Positions 18,242 to 27,924 are shown, numbered from the stretch's first letter. The stretch: 64,000 bases of DNA from Myxococcota bacterium (GCA_039186435.1 JBCDAA010000001.1:2433-66432); one strand, 5' to 3'. Program-made: numbers and translations. The notes: generated by a model not told the origin, from the sequence alone.

Positions 18242-18808
18242 GTGCGCGTGGCTGAGTGGCCCGGAGCCTCGCGCGTCTGGTGGGTGGCGTGGGCCCTCGC
18301 CGTTTCCGCGTTCGCGTGCACCAAGGACCAGTCTGCACCGGTCGTACGCGATCCCTTCATCGCGATGCAGGCGGACTTTGCTGATCTCTTGCGGTGGCCG
18401 CGCTGGGAGGTTCCCGACATCGGTTCGACCCATGGACATCAGCGCGGGTCGCCCAGCTACATCTATGTGCACGGGGAGATTCCCGTGTGGGGCGAGCCGA
18501 TGCCCATTGGCACCATCCTCGCGAAGAGCGTTCAAGTCGGCGAGCCCACCGAGTGGGAGATCCACGCGATGGTGAAACGCGGCGGTGATTTCAACGTTGA
18601 CGGGTGCGCGCAGTGGGAGTGGTTTGATCTTCGCCTCAACGAGGACCAGGTCCCGGAGATCATCTGGCGCGGCGAGGGCAATGCCGCCAACCCAGGAGGG
18701 TACGGACGCCGCCCCGACGGAACGCCCATCAGCTGCAACGAATGCCACTCGCAGGTGCCCCACACGGATTTCGCGTTCGGGCGCGCCCTCTACGGACCGA
18801 GCGACTAG
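18242..18808 (+). CDS. Lipoprotein, cytochrome P460-like (single CxxCH heme motif)
   Basis: Lipobox AVSAFAC, then PIGTILAKSV...IHAMVKRGGDFN...WEWFDL...CNECH near the C-terminus, matching the general layout of P460-family proteins. Confidence 0.55.
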   Translation: MRVAEWPGASRVWWVAWALAVSAFACTKDQSAPVVRDPFIAMQADFADLLRWPRWEVPDIGSTHGHQRGSPSYIYVHGEIPVWGEPMPIGTILAKSVQVGEPTEWEIHAMVKRGGDFNVDGCAQWEWFDLRLNEDQVPEIIWRGEGNAANPGGYGRRPDGTPISCNECHSQVPHTDFAFGRALYGPSD

Positions 18809-18939
18809 AGCTCATCTAGGACGCCGCGGTTGCTCTCGAAGTTCACGTGCGTTGCACTTCGAGGGCACTCCCCTGACTCTTCCACCCGCGATTCTTCGGG
18901 AAACGGTGCGGATCGTGTCTTGCAGTCTGCTTGGGCAGG

Positions 18940-21900
18940 ATGCTCACACCGCAAACGAATCCGAAGCTCGAGCACCATGTTCGGGTCTGCCTGCTCGCCG
19001 TACTTTTGGTCGCGCCAGTGGCTTGTCGCGACGACGCCGGCACGTCGTACGAAGCGACGACGGCTTCCCTCGATGGCGCGCCGCCACTGCCCCCGGATCC
19101 CACGACCCCAGAGGGTCAGATTCTCCCAACGCAGGAGGTGGGCACGCTTCCCGGCGCGCTGACGGTCAGCCCGAGCGGATCCCCGCAGTACGCGCTGCCG
19201 ATTCGTGTTCCGGAAGGTCGTGGGCTCGAGCCAAGGCTCTCTGTGTCGTATTCAGGAGCCGGGGCGAATGGTCTCTTCGGCGTTGGCTGGACGCTGAACG
19301 GGTTGTCTCGCATCACACCCTGCCGACGGACCACGGCGCAGGACGGTGCTTCGGGGCGCGTCGAGTTTCAGGTTGGTGATGCGTACTGTCTCGACGGCGC
19401 ACGGCTGGTCGCGATCTCAGGAATCCCGGGTGACGACGGGACCGAGTACCGCACCGAAAACGATCGCCAAGTTCAAGTCTTCTCGCACGGCACCGTCGCG
19501 GGAATGGAGTTCGGGGTGCCTGCGCGGTTTGAGGTTCGGCACCCAGCCGGAGAGATCTGGCACTACGAGCGACGCTTTCAGGGCCAGCAGGTGGACCATC
19601 GAGACATTCGTGGGTTGAGTCCAACGACTCGGGAGATCGTCTGGTCTTGGGCGCTGTCCCGCATCGACGACCGGTCCGGGAACTCCATGCACTTCGACTA
19701 TCAGGAGGTTGCAGCGACACCGTCCGCCTCACTCGCGTACGACGATCGGTACGCGCTGGAGTTTTATCCCGACCAAATCCGATATACGTCTCACGAATCT
19801 GGGCTCGAGGCGCTGCGGACGGTCCGGTTCGCGTATGACGACCGCAGCGATCCCGTCGACATGTACAGCGCCGGCGTGCACATTCGCATTGGACGCCGCA
19901 TCCGTCGCATCGACATGTTCGCCCCACGCGGGGAGAGTCGCGAACCTTCGCTCGCCTGGTACTACAAGTTCGGATACGCCCAGAGCGAGCAGAGCGGCCG
20001 CTCCTTGCTGACGTCGGTAGCGCTTTGCGATGCTGGAGACCGCTGTCTCCCCGCGACCGAGTTTTCGTGGGAGGGGGGTAGCACCGCCTACGACGAGATT
20101 GAACAGGAGCTCGAAGGCGTCTTCGACTTTCGCCAGATTCCGCGGTGGGCGTCGGGAGATTTCAACGGGGATGGCCAGTCCGATCTCCTCTATTGGGAGG
20201 GGCGTCGTGCGCACTGCTTGTTGGACCCCAGCAGCGAGCTGTCGTGGGATGGCGCTGGCGAGCCTTGTGCTTCCGTGGGGACGATCGGAGTCACCGGGGA
20301 GTGGCGGATCGCCTACAGCAACGGAACGATTTTCTCCACCACCGTTGCGACGGGACTGCGAGCGGACTTTGAAACGCGGCCGAGCCCCTACGTGCCGATC
20401 GACCATGGCAGCAGTCCGGAGGAATACAACGCGCCCACGGTTCTCGACTTCGACGGGGATGGATTCTCGGACCTCTACACCGCGCGCGCAGGAGAGATCC
20501 GCAGTCGCGGGACGGGAACCGTTCTTCAAACGCTACCGGGCCCCCGCCTCCACAGCCTGGTCAACAGCGAGCCCGACGTGCGCTTCATTGGCGACTTCAA
20601 CGGTGACGGCCGGATGGATCTGTTCACCAACCTCGACCGGCCAATGGCGAGCACCGACTGGGATGTTCTCGGCGAATACGTGAGCGGCTGGAGTGGCCCG
20701 GGCGAGTGGGACGAGTACCACTGGGCCTATCGCCTAGGTGGGGGAGCTGGCTTTGGCCCCGAGACGCCGAGCACAACGGTTCCGTACATGCTGAGACAAA
20801 CGAGCGTGGTTCCCAACGTGCAACGCGAAGTGGATAGCCGCCGTCTCGGCCTCACGATGGATGTGGACGGGGACGGTCGAATGGAGCTTCTCCTCCCCAA
20901 ACCGGAAGGGGAACTCGGCCTCGTGCCGCTTTACGAGAGTTTCGAGGTGGACGCGTCGGGCGCGGAGCGAAGCGGAGTCCCGATCAACCTTGCGTACCGC
21001 TGGTTCGAGGTGGCCGGCATGACGCGCTTTGGGCCCTTCTCGCCGGTGTACCTGGACATCAACGGAGACGGGTTGCGCGACGTGGTCGCCGTCAACGGGG
21101 TTGAGCACGCCGGCAGCGACTACCTTGCGGCGCGGATCAATACGGGCAACGGGTTTGGCCCCTGGTACTTGGCCAGCGGTCCGGGCTACCAGCCCCCCGA
21201 AGAGCAGCGAAGCGCCGTACAACGAACCCTCGAAACCTACTCCGGGTTCTTTCCGCTGAATCCGATGTCGGACACGGGGGTGCGGGTCCTCGACTTCAAC
21301 GCGGACGGCCGTGACGACCTTTTGGTGCCGACGGCATCGGGGCCGTTGCTCTACCTCTCCAACGGCCGCGGCTACGACGCTGCGCCGGCCGGGCTGATCC
21401 TCGAGCCCGCGATCTCGGAAACTGCGCACCACGAGGAGTACGGCGTTTACTCGAGCTTTGTTGGGTTCGGACACCGCTTCATGGATGTCGACGGGAACGG
21501 GCTGCCCGACCTGGTCCAGTTTGACTACGGAAGGCGCGTGCTCCGGGTGGCAAAGCGACAGGGCGCGCCTCCCGATCGATTGCGTCGGGTGAAGAACGGC
21601 TTTGGGAGGTTTGACGAGGTCTACTACACGACCCTCACCAACCGCGATGTGTACACGCCCGGCAGTGGCTGCGTGCACCCGATGCGCTGCATGCGTGGCG
21701 GCGGTGAAGTGGTCCAGACCTTGACGCAGTCCGCGCCGGAAGGAATCCGCATTCGCAACTATCGCTACGAAGATGGCCGCGTGGACGTCGAGGGGCGTGG
21801 CTTTGTTGGGTTTCACCGTCACGTGATGGAGGACACGAGTGCAGACCGTACCCTCACCCTCAGTTTTGACACCGACCGGCGGGAGCACGGCGCCTATCCG

Positions 21901-24900
21901 GTGGCGAGTCGCTGGGACCTCCGGCGCGTGGAGACGAAGCTCCCCGACGGGCGTCATCACCTGGAGCTCACGTCTCGGGCGTTCGACGTACCGTGGCGCT
22001 GGGACGATGGAGTCTTTCGCGTTGACGAGCGTCGGCGCGTGACGCGTGTGTTCGAGTTTGACGGGCCGATTCCGGAGGAACTCGAGCTCGACTCCGCGCA
22101 GCGGGTTTCCGAGGTGGACCGGACGTTCGACGACTACGGGAACCCGCGAACGGTGGAGTCCCAGACGAGCGGCTACATCGAATCGGAAGAGTCCGGCGCG
22201 CCCGTCTTTCATCACGGTCAGCGAACCTTGGTGACGACGACCTACGACATCCGTCCCGATCCGTGGTTGGTTCGGTTGCCTCTCGACCGGGTAGTGACCA
22301 GCTTCGCGGCGCCTCCGGACACCCGATCGGTGACCCGTTCCACGCGCTACGTGCACGATGCCGCGGGACGCCTCGAAGAGGAGATTGCGGAGCCTGGGAG
22401 CCCGAGGCTCGAGCTGCGCACAACCTACGGTTTCGGCGCGCACGGTGAAGTCGAAACCATCACGAGCGAGACCTCCCCGTCGGATCCTCTGACGGCGCAC
22501 TCCGTTCGAACACAGGTCGTCGAGTACGATCCGGAATACCTCTTTCCGGCGCTGCTCACGAACGCGATGGGGCACGCGACCGAAGTGACCATTCATCCCG
22601 AGTTCGGCGAGCCTCAACTCGTCCGCGACCCCAACGGCGTGGAGACTTACTTCGCCTACGACGGCCTTGGGCGGCCGCGAGGCATGCAGCACGCGAGCGG
22701 TCGGCAGAGCTGGCGCGACTATCAGCCTGGATACGCGGGCCCGATGCGGATTTGGAATCGGCAGGTCTCTGGAGAAGAGAGCGTTACGGAGCTCAACGTC
22801 ATCGGGCGTCCAATGCGCCATGAGCGCGAGTCGTTCGACGGCTCGGTCGCAGTGATCGAACGGGTCTACGATTTGCTGGGCCGCCCGACGAAGGAAAGCA
22901 ACGCCTTCATCGATCCTACCGATCGCGTGTTCACGACCACCGAGTATGACGCCCTGAATCGGGTGACGAAGGTGATCGACACGCTCGGACACGACCTTCG
23001 AAACGAGTATCGACTCGACCAGCAGACGACCGTCGATCGCAACGGCAATACCTCGTACGTCCGCTTCGATGTGGACGGCCGCATGACGGATAGCGTCGAG
23101 GTCGCGACCGATGCGGCGACGGCCGACCACGTTCGCACGACCTACGAATACGCGCCATTCGGACTCCTCGAGGCCGTGACGGACGCCGAAGGCAAGCGGG
23201 TGCTTATCGGGTACGACGCGCGAGGTCGACGCACCTCGCTCAACGATCCAGACGCGGGCAACCATCACTGGACGCTCAACGCCTACGGTGAGATGGACAC
23301 GCTCTACGATCCGGAGTCGGACATCGCCGGGGTTCCTGTGCGCTACGTGCGCGATGCGCTTGGACGGGTCGAGCGGATCACGTCGCTCGACGGAACCGAC
23401 GAGTATTTCTGGGACGATCCCATGCCGGGAGGAAGCGGCGTCCGCTGGCTTGGCGCGCGTCACGGCGCTCGGAGCGCGGACGGAACGGAGACCGAAACGC
23501 TCTTTGACACGTTCGGGCGCCTTCGAGGGTCGCGAACGCGTGTCGACGGTGGAGGTTACGCGGTCGACTACGACTACGACGCGAGCTCTCGCCTCCGGCG
23601 CGTGCATTACCCCGTGGTTGCTGGCCAGCCTCGCTTTGTGACGCGATTGGGGTACGCGGGGAACGGCGCCCTCGCGACGGTGGACCAGGAAGGGGGCGCG
23701 AACTTGTGGACCGCGATCACCCGCGACGGAGCCGGAAGGATCGAATCCGAGCGCGCCGGCAACGGGGTCGTGACAGACCGCGAGTACGATCCTGGAACCG
23801 GCCAGCTGACCCGCGTGCGAGCGTACGACGGAACCATTCCGCGATTCGGGTTCGACTACGCGTACGACAAGAACGGCAATCTCACGTCGCGCCAGGAAGT
23901 CGTGGTCAATCGCTTCGATACGTACACCTACGACTCACGCGATCGCCTGGCCTGGTGGACGCGTCGCCTCTCCGGAGGCACCGAATTCGAGACCGAGTAT
24001 GTCTACGATCGCGTTGGCGGCCTCGCGGAGCGGCACCACCGCGGAGGCGATGTCCAAACGGAGGAGTACATCGGGCGGGCTGCAACCGGGAATGCGCCGC
24101 GTTCGTACCAGCGGCTTGAGCACGGCGAGATTCGCACCGAGTTTGAGATGGACTACGACGGCAACGGGCGGCGAGTCCAAGGCCCGTGGGATGAGGTGCG
24201 GTATACCCGGCACGACCTTCCGTCTCGGGTGGAGCGAGAGGGCCGCGTCTCTCTCTTCGCCTATGACGCCGACGGTCGCCGCGTACGTGAGCTCTCGGAG
24301 GGAGTTCGAACCATTTCCGTAGGAAAGCTCTACGAACTCCGGGATACCGAAGGTACGGCAGCGCATCGCTTCTTTGTCGCGAGTGACGTGGGAACCGTCG
24401 CAAAGGTCGTGTACGACGAGGGGAGCGGGGCGAAGACGCGCCACTTCTTGCACCAAGCCAAGCTCGGTTCAGGCGTCGCGACGACGGACGACGCAGGTAA
24501 CCTGTCCGAGCGTCGCTGGTTTACACCCTTCGGGCATCTCACCGACGACGCGGGCATTCCCCACGACGAGCCCTCGGGAACGGACGCCTTGCACGTCGGA
24601 TTTACCGGGCACGATCACGACGTCCATCTAGGTCTGATCGACATGAACGGGCGCGTGTACGACCCCCTCAGCGCAACGTTCCTCACCGCGGATCCGATCG
24701 TGTCTGCGCCCTACAACGCACAAGGGTTTAATCGTTACGCGTACGTGTTGAACAACCCGCTTCGCTATGTGGACCCCACCGGGCTTTCCATCGGGTGGGA
24801 CGGAGAGATCGGAATGTATTACGCCGACGGGGACGACGCGCGGCGGCTCACGGGCCAGGATGTCGATCAGGCGTTCTTTACGCCGGAGATGTTCGCGTCG

Positions 24901-25635
24901 GTGGGGCAAGATCAGTCGGACGGTTCCGCGCAGAGCAGCGATGCGGATGACCCTCCTGGGGGCGATGACACGCCGGACGCGCCATCGTTCGAGGAGAGTC
25001 GCGAGTTCTTGAGCGACCCGATCCTTCACGAGGTTCAGGGACCGCCTCTTCCGGATGTTCTTCCGTCGCAGCAGCCCGAACAGGGCACCGAGGCGCGTCT
25101 TCGTTGGCCGGAGGAAGTTTCACGCGAGCCGACGGTGCGCGACCGAGGGCCGATGTGTTCCGCGTGCGACCCGCCGTCCCTTTTCGTTTATCCGGCGCCC
25201 CTCGCCACCCCTCGGGTCGAGCTTCAGTACCCCGACGAACTCCGTCGCTTCGAGAGCGGGGACGGGAGCCTGAATGAAGTCGTCTACGTATCGCCGGGGA
25301 TTACGGTGGATGCACATGTCGTTCAAGGCGTGGGCGGGCACGGGGGCGTTCAGGCGCACTTTGGTCTCCCGGGGAATCAACCGTGGCTCTATGGGTTCGT
25401 GGGACCTGCGCTTGGTCGTAGCCGGGGGGCGGGGGCGTCGTTCACGCTGGCGTTCGGATCCGGCTCGATGGAGGGCACGTCGGTCAACGCGATGGGCGGC
25501 TTTGGTCCCTTCTCCCTTTCGAGGTCGGAGAGCATCGGATCCGGTGGGTGGACCGTGTACGGCGTTGGCCTGTACTTATCACCGCCCGGGTCGAGCGGGG
25601 CGGTATCGGTCACCGAGTCGGTCGGCCTGCAATGA
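18940..25635 (+). CDS. Giant lipoprotein-type SpvB / FG-GAP (TcdB mid-N) / RHS-YD repeat toxin (fused TcB-TcC-like) with an uncharacterised C-terminal domain
   Basis: Lipobox LLVAPVAC and SpvB-like LSVSYSGAGANGLFGVGWTL. At least 7 FG-GAP/VCBS repeats (GDFNGDGQSDL, LDFDGDGFSDL, MDVDGDGRMELL...). More than 20 YD repeats (YDGLGRP, YDLLGRP, YDALNRV, YDARGRR...). RHS core end GRVYDPLSATFLTADP...NRYAYVLNNPLRYVDPTGL at 24769-24786. Start set to ATG 18940. Confidence 0.93.
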   Translation: MLTPQTNPKLEHHVRVCLLAVLLVAPVACRDDAGTSYEATTASLDGAPPLPPDPTTPEGQILPTQEVGTLPGALTVSPSGSPQYALPIRVPEGRGLEPRLSVSYSGAGANGLFGVGWTLNGLSRITPCRRTTAQDGASGRVEFQVGDAYCLDGARLVAISGIPGDDGTEYRTENDRQVQVFSHGTVAGMEFGVPARFEVRHPAGEIWHYERRFQGQQVDHRDIRGLSPTTREIVWSWALSRIDDRSGNSMHFDYQEVAATPSASLAYDDRYALEFYPDQIRYTSHESGLEALRTVRFAYDDRSDPVDMYSAGVHIRIGRRIRRIDMFAPRGESREPSLAWYYKFGYAQSEQSGRSLLTSVALCDAGDRCLPATEFSWEGGSTAYDEIEQELEGVFDFRQIPRWASGDFNGDGQSDLLYWEGRRAHCLLDPSSELSWDGAGEPCASVGTIGVTGEWRIAYSNGTIFSTTVATGLRADFETRPSPYVPIDHGSSPEEYNAPTVLDFDGDGFSDLYTARAGEIRSRGTGTVLQTLPGPRLHSLVNSEPDVRFIGDFNGDGRMDLFTNLDRPMASTDWDVLGEYVSGWSGPGEWDEYHWAYRLGGGAGFGPETPSTTVPYMLRQTSVVPNVQREVDSRRLGLTMDVDGDGRMELLLPKPEGELGLVPLYESFEVDASGAERSGVPINLAYRWFEVAGMTRFGPFSPVYLDINGDGLRDVVAVNGVEHAGSDYLAARINTGNGFGPWYLASGPGYQPPEEQRSAVQRTLETYSGFFPLNPMSDTGVRVLDFNADGRDDLLVPTASGPLLYLSNGRGYDAAPAGLILEPAISETAHHEEYGVYSSFVGFGHRFMDVDGNGLPDLVQFDYGRRVLRVAKRQGAPPDRLRRVKNGFGRFDEVYYTTLTNRDVYTPGSGCVHPMRCMRGGGEVVQTLTQSAPEGIRIRNYRYEDGRVDVEGRGFVGFHRHVMEDTSADRTLTLSFDTDRREHGAYPVASRWDLRRVETKLPDGRHHLELTSRAFDVPWRWDDGVFRVDERRRVTRVFEFDGPIPEELELDSAQRVSEVDRTFDDYGNPRTVESQTSGYIESEESGAPVFHHGQRTLVTTTYDIRPDPWLVRLPLDRVVTSFAAPPDTRSVTRSTRYVHDAAGRLEEEIAEPGSPRLELRTTYGFGAHGEVETITSETSPSDPLTAHSVRTQVVEYDPEYLFPALLTNAMGHATEVTIHPEFGEPQLVRDPNGVETYFAYDGLGRPRGMQHASGRQSWRDYQPGYAGPMRIWNRQVSGEESVTELNVIGRPMRHERESFDGSVAVIERVYDLLGRPTKESNAFIDPTDRVFTTTEYDALNRVTKVIDTLGHDLRNEYRLDQQTTVDRNGNTSYVRFDVDGRMTDSVEVATDAATADHVRTTYEYAPFGLLEAVTDAEGKRVLIGYDARGRRTSLNDPDAGNHHWTLNAYGEMDTLYDPESDIAGVPVRYVRDALGRVERITSLDGTDEYFWDDPMPGGSGVRWLGARHGARSADGTETETLFDTFGRLRGSRTRVDGGGYAVDYDYDASSRLRRVHYPVVAGQPRFVTRLGYAGNGALATVDQEGGANLWTAITRDGAGRIESERAGNGVVTDREYDPGTGQLTRVRAYDGTIPRFGFDYAYDKNGNLTSRQEVVVNRFDTYTYDSRDRLAWWTRRLSGGTEFETEYVYDRVGGLAERHHRGGDVQTEEYIGRAATGNAPRSYQRLEHGEIRTEFEMDYDGNGRRVQGPWDEVRYTRHDLPSRVEREGRVSLFAYDADGRRVRELSEGVRTISVGKLYELRDTEGTAAHRFFVASDVGTVAKVVYDEGSGAKTRHFLHQAKLGSGVATTDDAGNLSERRWFTPFGHLTDDAGIPHDEPSGTDALHVGFTGHDHDVHLGLIDMNGRVYDPLSATFLTADPIVSAPYNAQGFNRYAYVLNNPLRYVDPTGLSIGWDGEIGMYYADGDDARRLTGQDVDQAFFTPEMFASVGQDQSDGSAQSSDADDPPGGDDTPDAPSFEESREFLSDPILHEVQGPPLPDVLPSQQPEQGTEARLRWPEEVSREPTVRDRGPMCSACDPPSLFVYPAPLATPRVELQYPDELRRFESGDGSLNEVVYVSPGITVDAHVVQGVGGHGGVQAHFGLPGNQPWLYGFVGPALGRSRGAGASFTLAFGSGSMEGTSVNAMGGFGPFSLSRSESIGSGGWTVYGVGLYLSPPGSSGAVSVTESVGLQ

Positions 25636-25658
25636 GGTGCATTCACCGCTGTCGAGGT

Positions 25659-26846
25659 TCAAGGCTCGCAGCAGTTGACGCTCTCCACGCAGTACGCGTC
25701 CGGACCGCACTGATACGAAACGGCGTACCCGAGCGGGGTATGCGCGAGGCGGGGCATGAGTCGATTGAACCCGGCTTCGGAGATTCGGGTCGAAACGAGG
25801 TCGCGGTCCGGCTGGTAGCGAAGGATGAGGAGGTCGTTGTCGTGGTTCTGTGCGGCGACGAGATGCCCCTCGGGAAACGCGAGCGCGTCCGCTTCGCGAT
25901 TGCCAAATGCCTGAATGGGCCCGCCGATCCGTTCGCCGTCGACGAAGCTGCTCTCGGTGATCTCCCCGCCGCGGACCTCCGAGAACGCGGTCGCAACCCT
26001 GGACTGGCGGACCATGACAAGCCCGTCGTCTTGGTGAAGGAGCGCTTCCGGCTCGAGCCCGGAGCCGACAGGTTCGCGATAGACGATCTCGCCGGGGCGG
26101 TCGCCATCGATGGACCAAAGGACGAGGGACGCTGTGTTGAAGTCGCCGGTGCCAAGCGCGCGCGCGTACCCGAATTCGTCGAGCGCGGGAACAACCCGGA
26201 GCGACGCGTGGACGTCCTCGCGAAACGTGTCCCATGAGATGTTCGCGGGTAGCTCGGACGGAACCAGAGCGCCGTAGCTGCCGCGCAGGCGTCCGCCCGA
26301 CTGCGGCGAAACGAAAAGGAGAAACCCGCTCGGTACGGGGACGGGCGTGGTCCGAAAGGCGTGGAGTCCGAAGGGGCGAATCTCGACGGTGCGGGTCGGG
26401 CGGCCGCGCTCGTCGAGGCCGATCGCGACGTCGGCACCGGCGGCGATGCCTCGTTGCGCGCCGGGGTGCCACGCGACCTCGGGCCAATCGAGGTGCGGTG
26501 CAGGCGTCTCCGAGATGAGCGCTAAGTCGGGCGTGAGCGACGCGAGGGTTGACTCGTCGCCGTGATCGAATGCAACGAGGAGGGCCGACTGGGACGCCGC
26601 GATGTCGCCGAATCGAACGCGATCGCGTCGAAAGACATATCGTTCTCGGGTTGCGTCGCAGAACGCGAGGTTGCGATGGCATCCGGGCGTGACAGGAAGG
26701 GCTCCGGCATCCGGAAGTTCCGGCGCCGCGTCGACGGCGATGTACGCGTCGGGACCGGCGTCGTCGGAGTCTTCGACCGAGTGGGCGAGGTAGCATCCCT
26801 CGAGCAAGACGAGGGCGACGAGGGCGGCGCTAGCGTCGTTCATCAT
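25659..26846 (-). CDS. Hypothetical lipoprotein
   Basis: 395 aa from ATG 26846 (MMNDASAALVALVLLEGC lipobox). Beta-rich, ends in a Cys cluster (YQCGPDAYCVESVNCCEP). The stop lies 24 nt from the RHS stop, convergent. Confidence 0.55.
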   Translation of the reverse strand: MMNDASAALVALVLLEGCYLAHSVEDSDDAGPDAYIAVDAAPELPDAGALPVTPGCHRNLAFCDATRERYVFRRDRVRFGDIAASQSALLVAFDHGDESTLASLTPDLALISETPAPHLDWPEVAWHPGAQRGIAAGADVAIGLDERGRPTRTVEIRPFGLHAFRTTPVPVPSGFLLFVSPQSGGRLRGSYGALVPSELPANISWDTFREDVHASLRVVPALDEFGYARALGTGDFNTASLVLWSIDGDRPGEIVYREPVGSGLEPEALLHQDDGLVMVRQSRVATAFSEVRGGEITESSFVDGERIGGPIQAFGNREADALAFPEGHLVAAQNHDNDLLILRYQPDRDLVSTRISEAGFNRLMPRLAHTPLGYAVSYQCGPDAYCVESVNCCEP

Positions 26847-27642
26847 CTTCGAAGACCTGAACGAAGAGCGGTCCGTCTTCGTGCGCGAGAAGGATCGTGA
26901 TCGTTTCTCCTTCACGTAGAAAGAGCGGCCCGGTGTCGGGCCAGATGCACTCTCGAAGTTCACGAGTGCAGCGGCCACGGAGCACTGCGACCGAGGTGTG
27001 GGTCGGACTTGCGATGCGTACATCGCCAAGAATCCAGTAGCTCCCCTCGCGAGGCGCGACAAAGACCGCGCGCGCGTTCCAAAGACTTGCGCCGCAGAAC
27101 TCGGCGTCGGAGGTCGCGGGAAAGGGTGTTACGCGGGAAAGGTCCGTCGCCCCCAGCGTGACTTCCGGGCCGCAACGATCCTCGATGCCGCACGCTCGAT
27201 AAACCGCCGTGCAGCTTGCTTCGTTCGGGAACAAGGCCGGACAGTCAGGTCCCTCGCAACAGCCGAGGGGTGCGCACTCGCGACCCGTCCACGTGTAGCC
27301 GCTGACGATGCCGCACGCGTCGACGTGGTTTGTATCCATCGGCGAGCACGCGTCGACCCCACACGCCGCGAATGCTTCCAGGCACGCGTGTCGCGTCGCG
27401 TGGCCCGCGTCGCGGCAGTCGAAGCGGAGCTCGCAGTCGCGGCCATTCCAAAACCACTGGTGCGTAGAGTCCGCGCATCCGTAGAACTCCTGGGCTTCGC
27501 AACCGAGAGGTGCATCGACGCGTTCGCTGATGCCTTCGTCGAATTGGACGCGGCACCCCGCGTCCGTCGGCGGGGCGCCTGAGGGATCCAACATGTGCGA
27601 TCGGCCGCACGCGAGCAGAAGGAAGAAGGTAAGAAAGCGCAT
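26830..27642 (-). CDS. Cysteine-rich lipoprotein with two internal Cys-module repeats
   Basis: MRFLTFFLLLACG lipobox. About 24 Cys. Repeated module C..W.W.GR(D/E)C......C...C....F....C...(A/Y).ACG. 17-nt overlap with the downstream lipoprotein gene. Confidence 0.6.
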   Translation of the reverse strand: MRFLTFFLLLACGRSHMLDPSGAPPTDAGCRVQFDEGISERVDAPLGCEAQEFYGCADSTHQWFWNGRDCELRFDCRDAGHATRHACLEAFAACGVDACSPMDTNHVDACGIVSGYTWTGRECAPLGCCEGPDCPALFPNEASCTAVYRACGIEDRCGPEVTLGATDLSRVTPFPATSDAEFCGASLWNARAVFVAPREGSYWILGDVRIASPTHTSVAVLRGRCTRELRECIWPDTGPLFLREGETITILLAHEDGPLFVQVFEDDERR

Positions 27643-27924
27643 GACCGCGCCTTCAGCGAGAAGCGTGCCGGAGCGAGTTTCCCAACGATTTGCTGTTCTG
27701 GGTGTTCCAAGCTGCCCCACTCTTACCCACAGAGGGCACGAAGGTGCGCTCTCGGTGCAGTGCACCTCTCCGGCTCTTTGGGGCTGCGTAACCGCTCGAA
27801 AACAAGTGTTTTTTGGTGCTTGCTGGGGGGTGGATGGCGATCTCCACGCGACGGTGATAAGGCAAGGGCCGCATTTCGACGAGTGAATCTGGGGCTGTAG
27901 CCCTCGTCGAAAGCCGGAGTGAGG

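Noticed and set aside
20734-23607. 957-aa ORF on the minus strand, antisense to the RHS gene
   Set aside because: Its translation is Arg/Val/His-rich with no recognisable motifs. The plus-strand frame carries dense, unmistakable FG-GAP and YD repeats. Long antisense ORFs are expected in high-GC DNA because stop codons are rare.
25548-26237. Plus-strand ORF immediately overlapping or following the RHS stop, considered as a candidate immunity gene
   Set aside because: It overlaps the last 88 nt of the RHS gene and lies entirely antisense to a better-supported minus-strand lipoprotein gene. Its translation is Arg/Gly-rich without hydrophobic-core periodicity.
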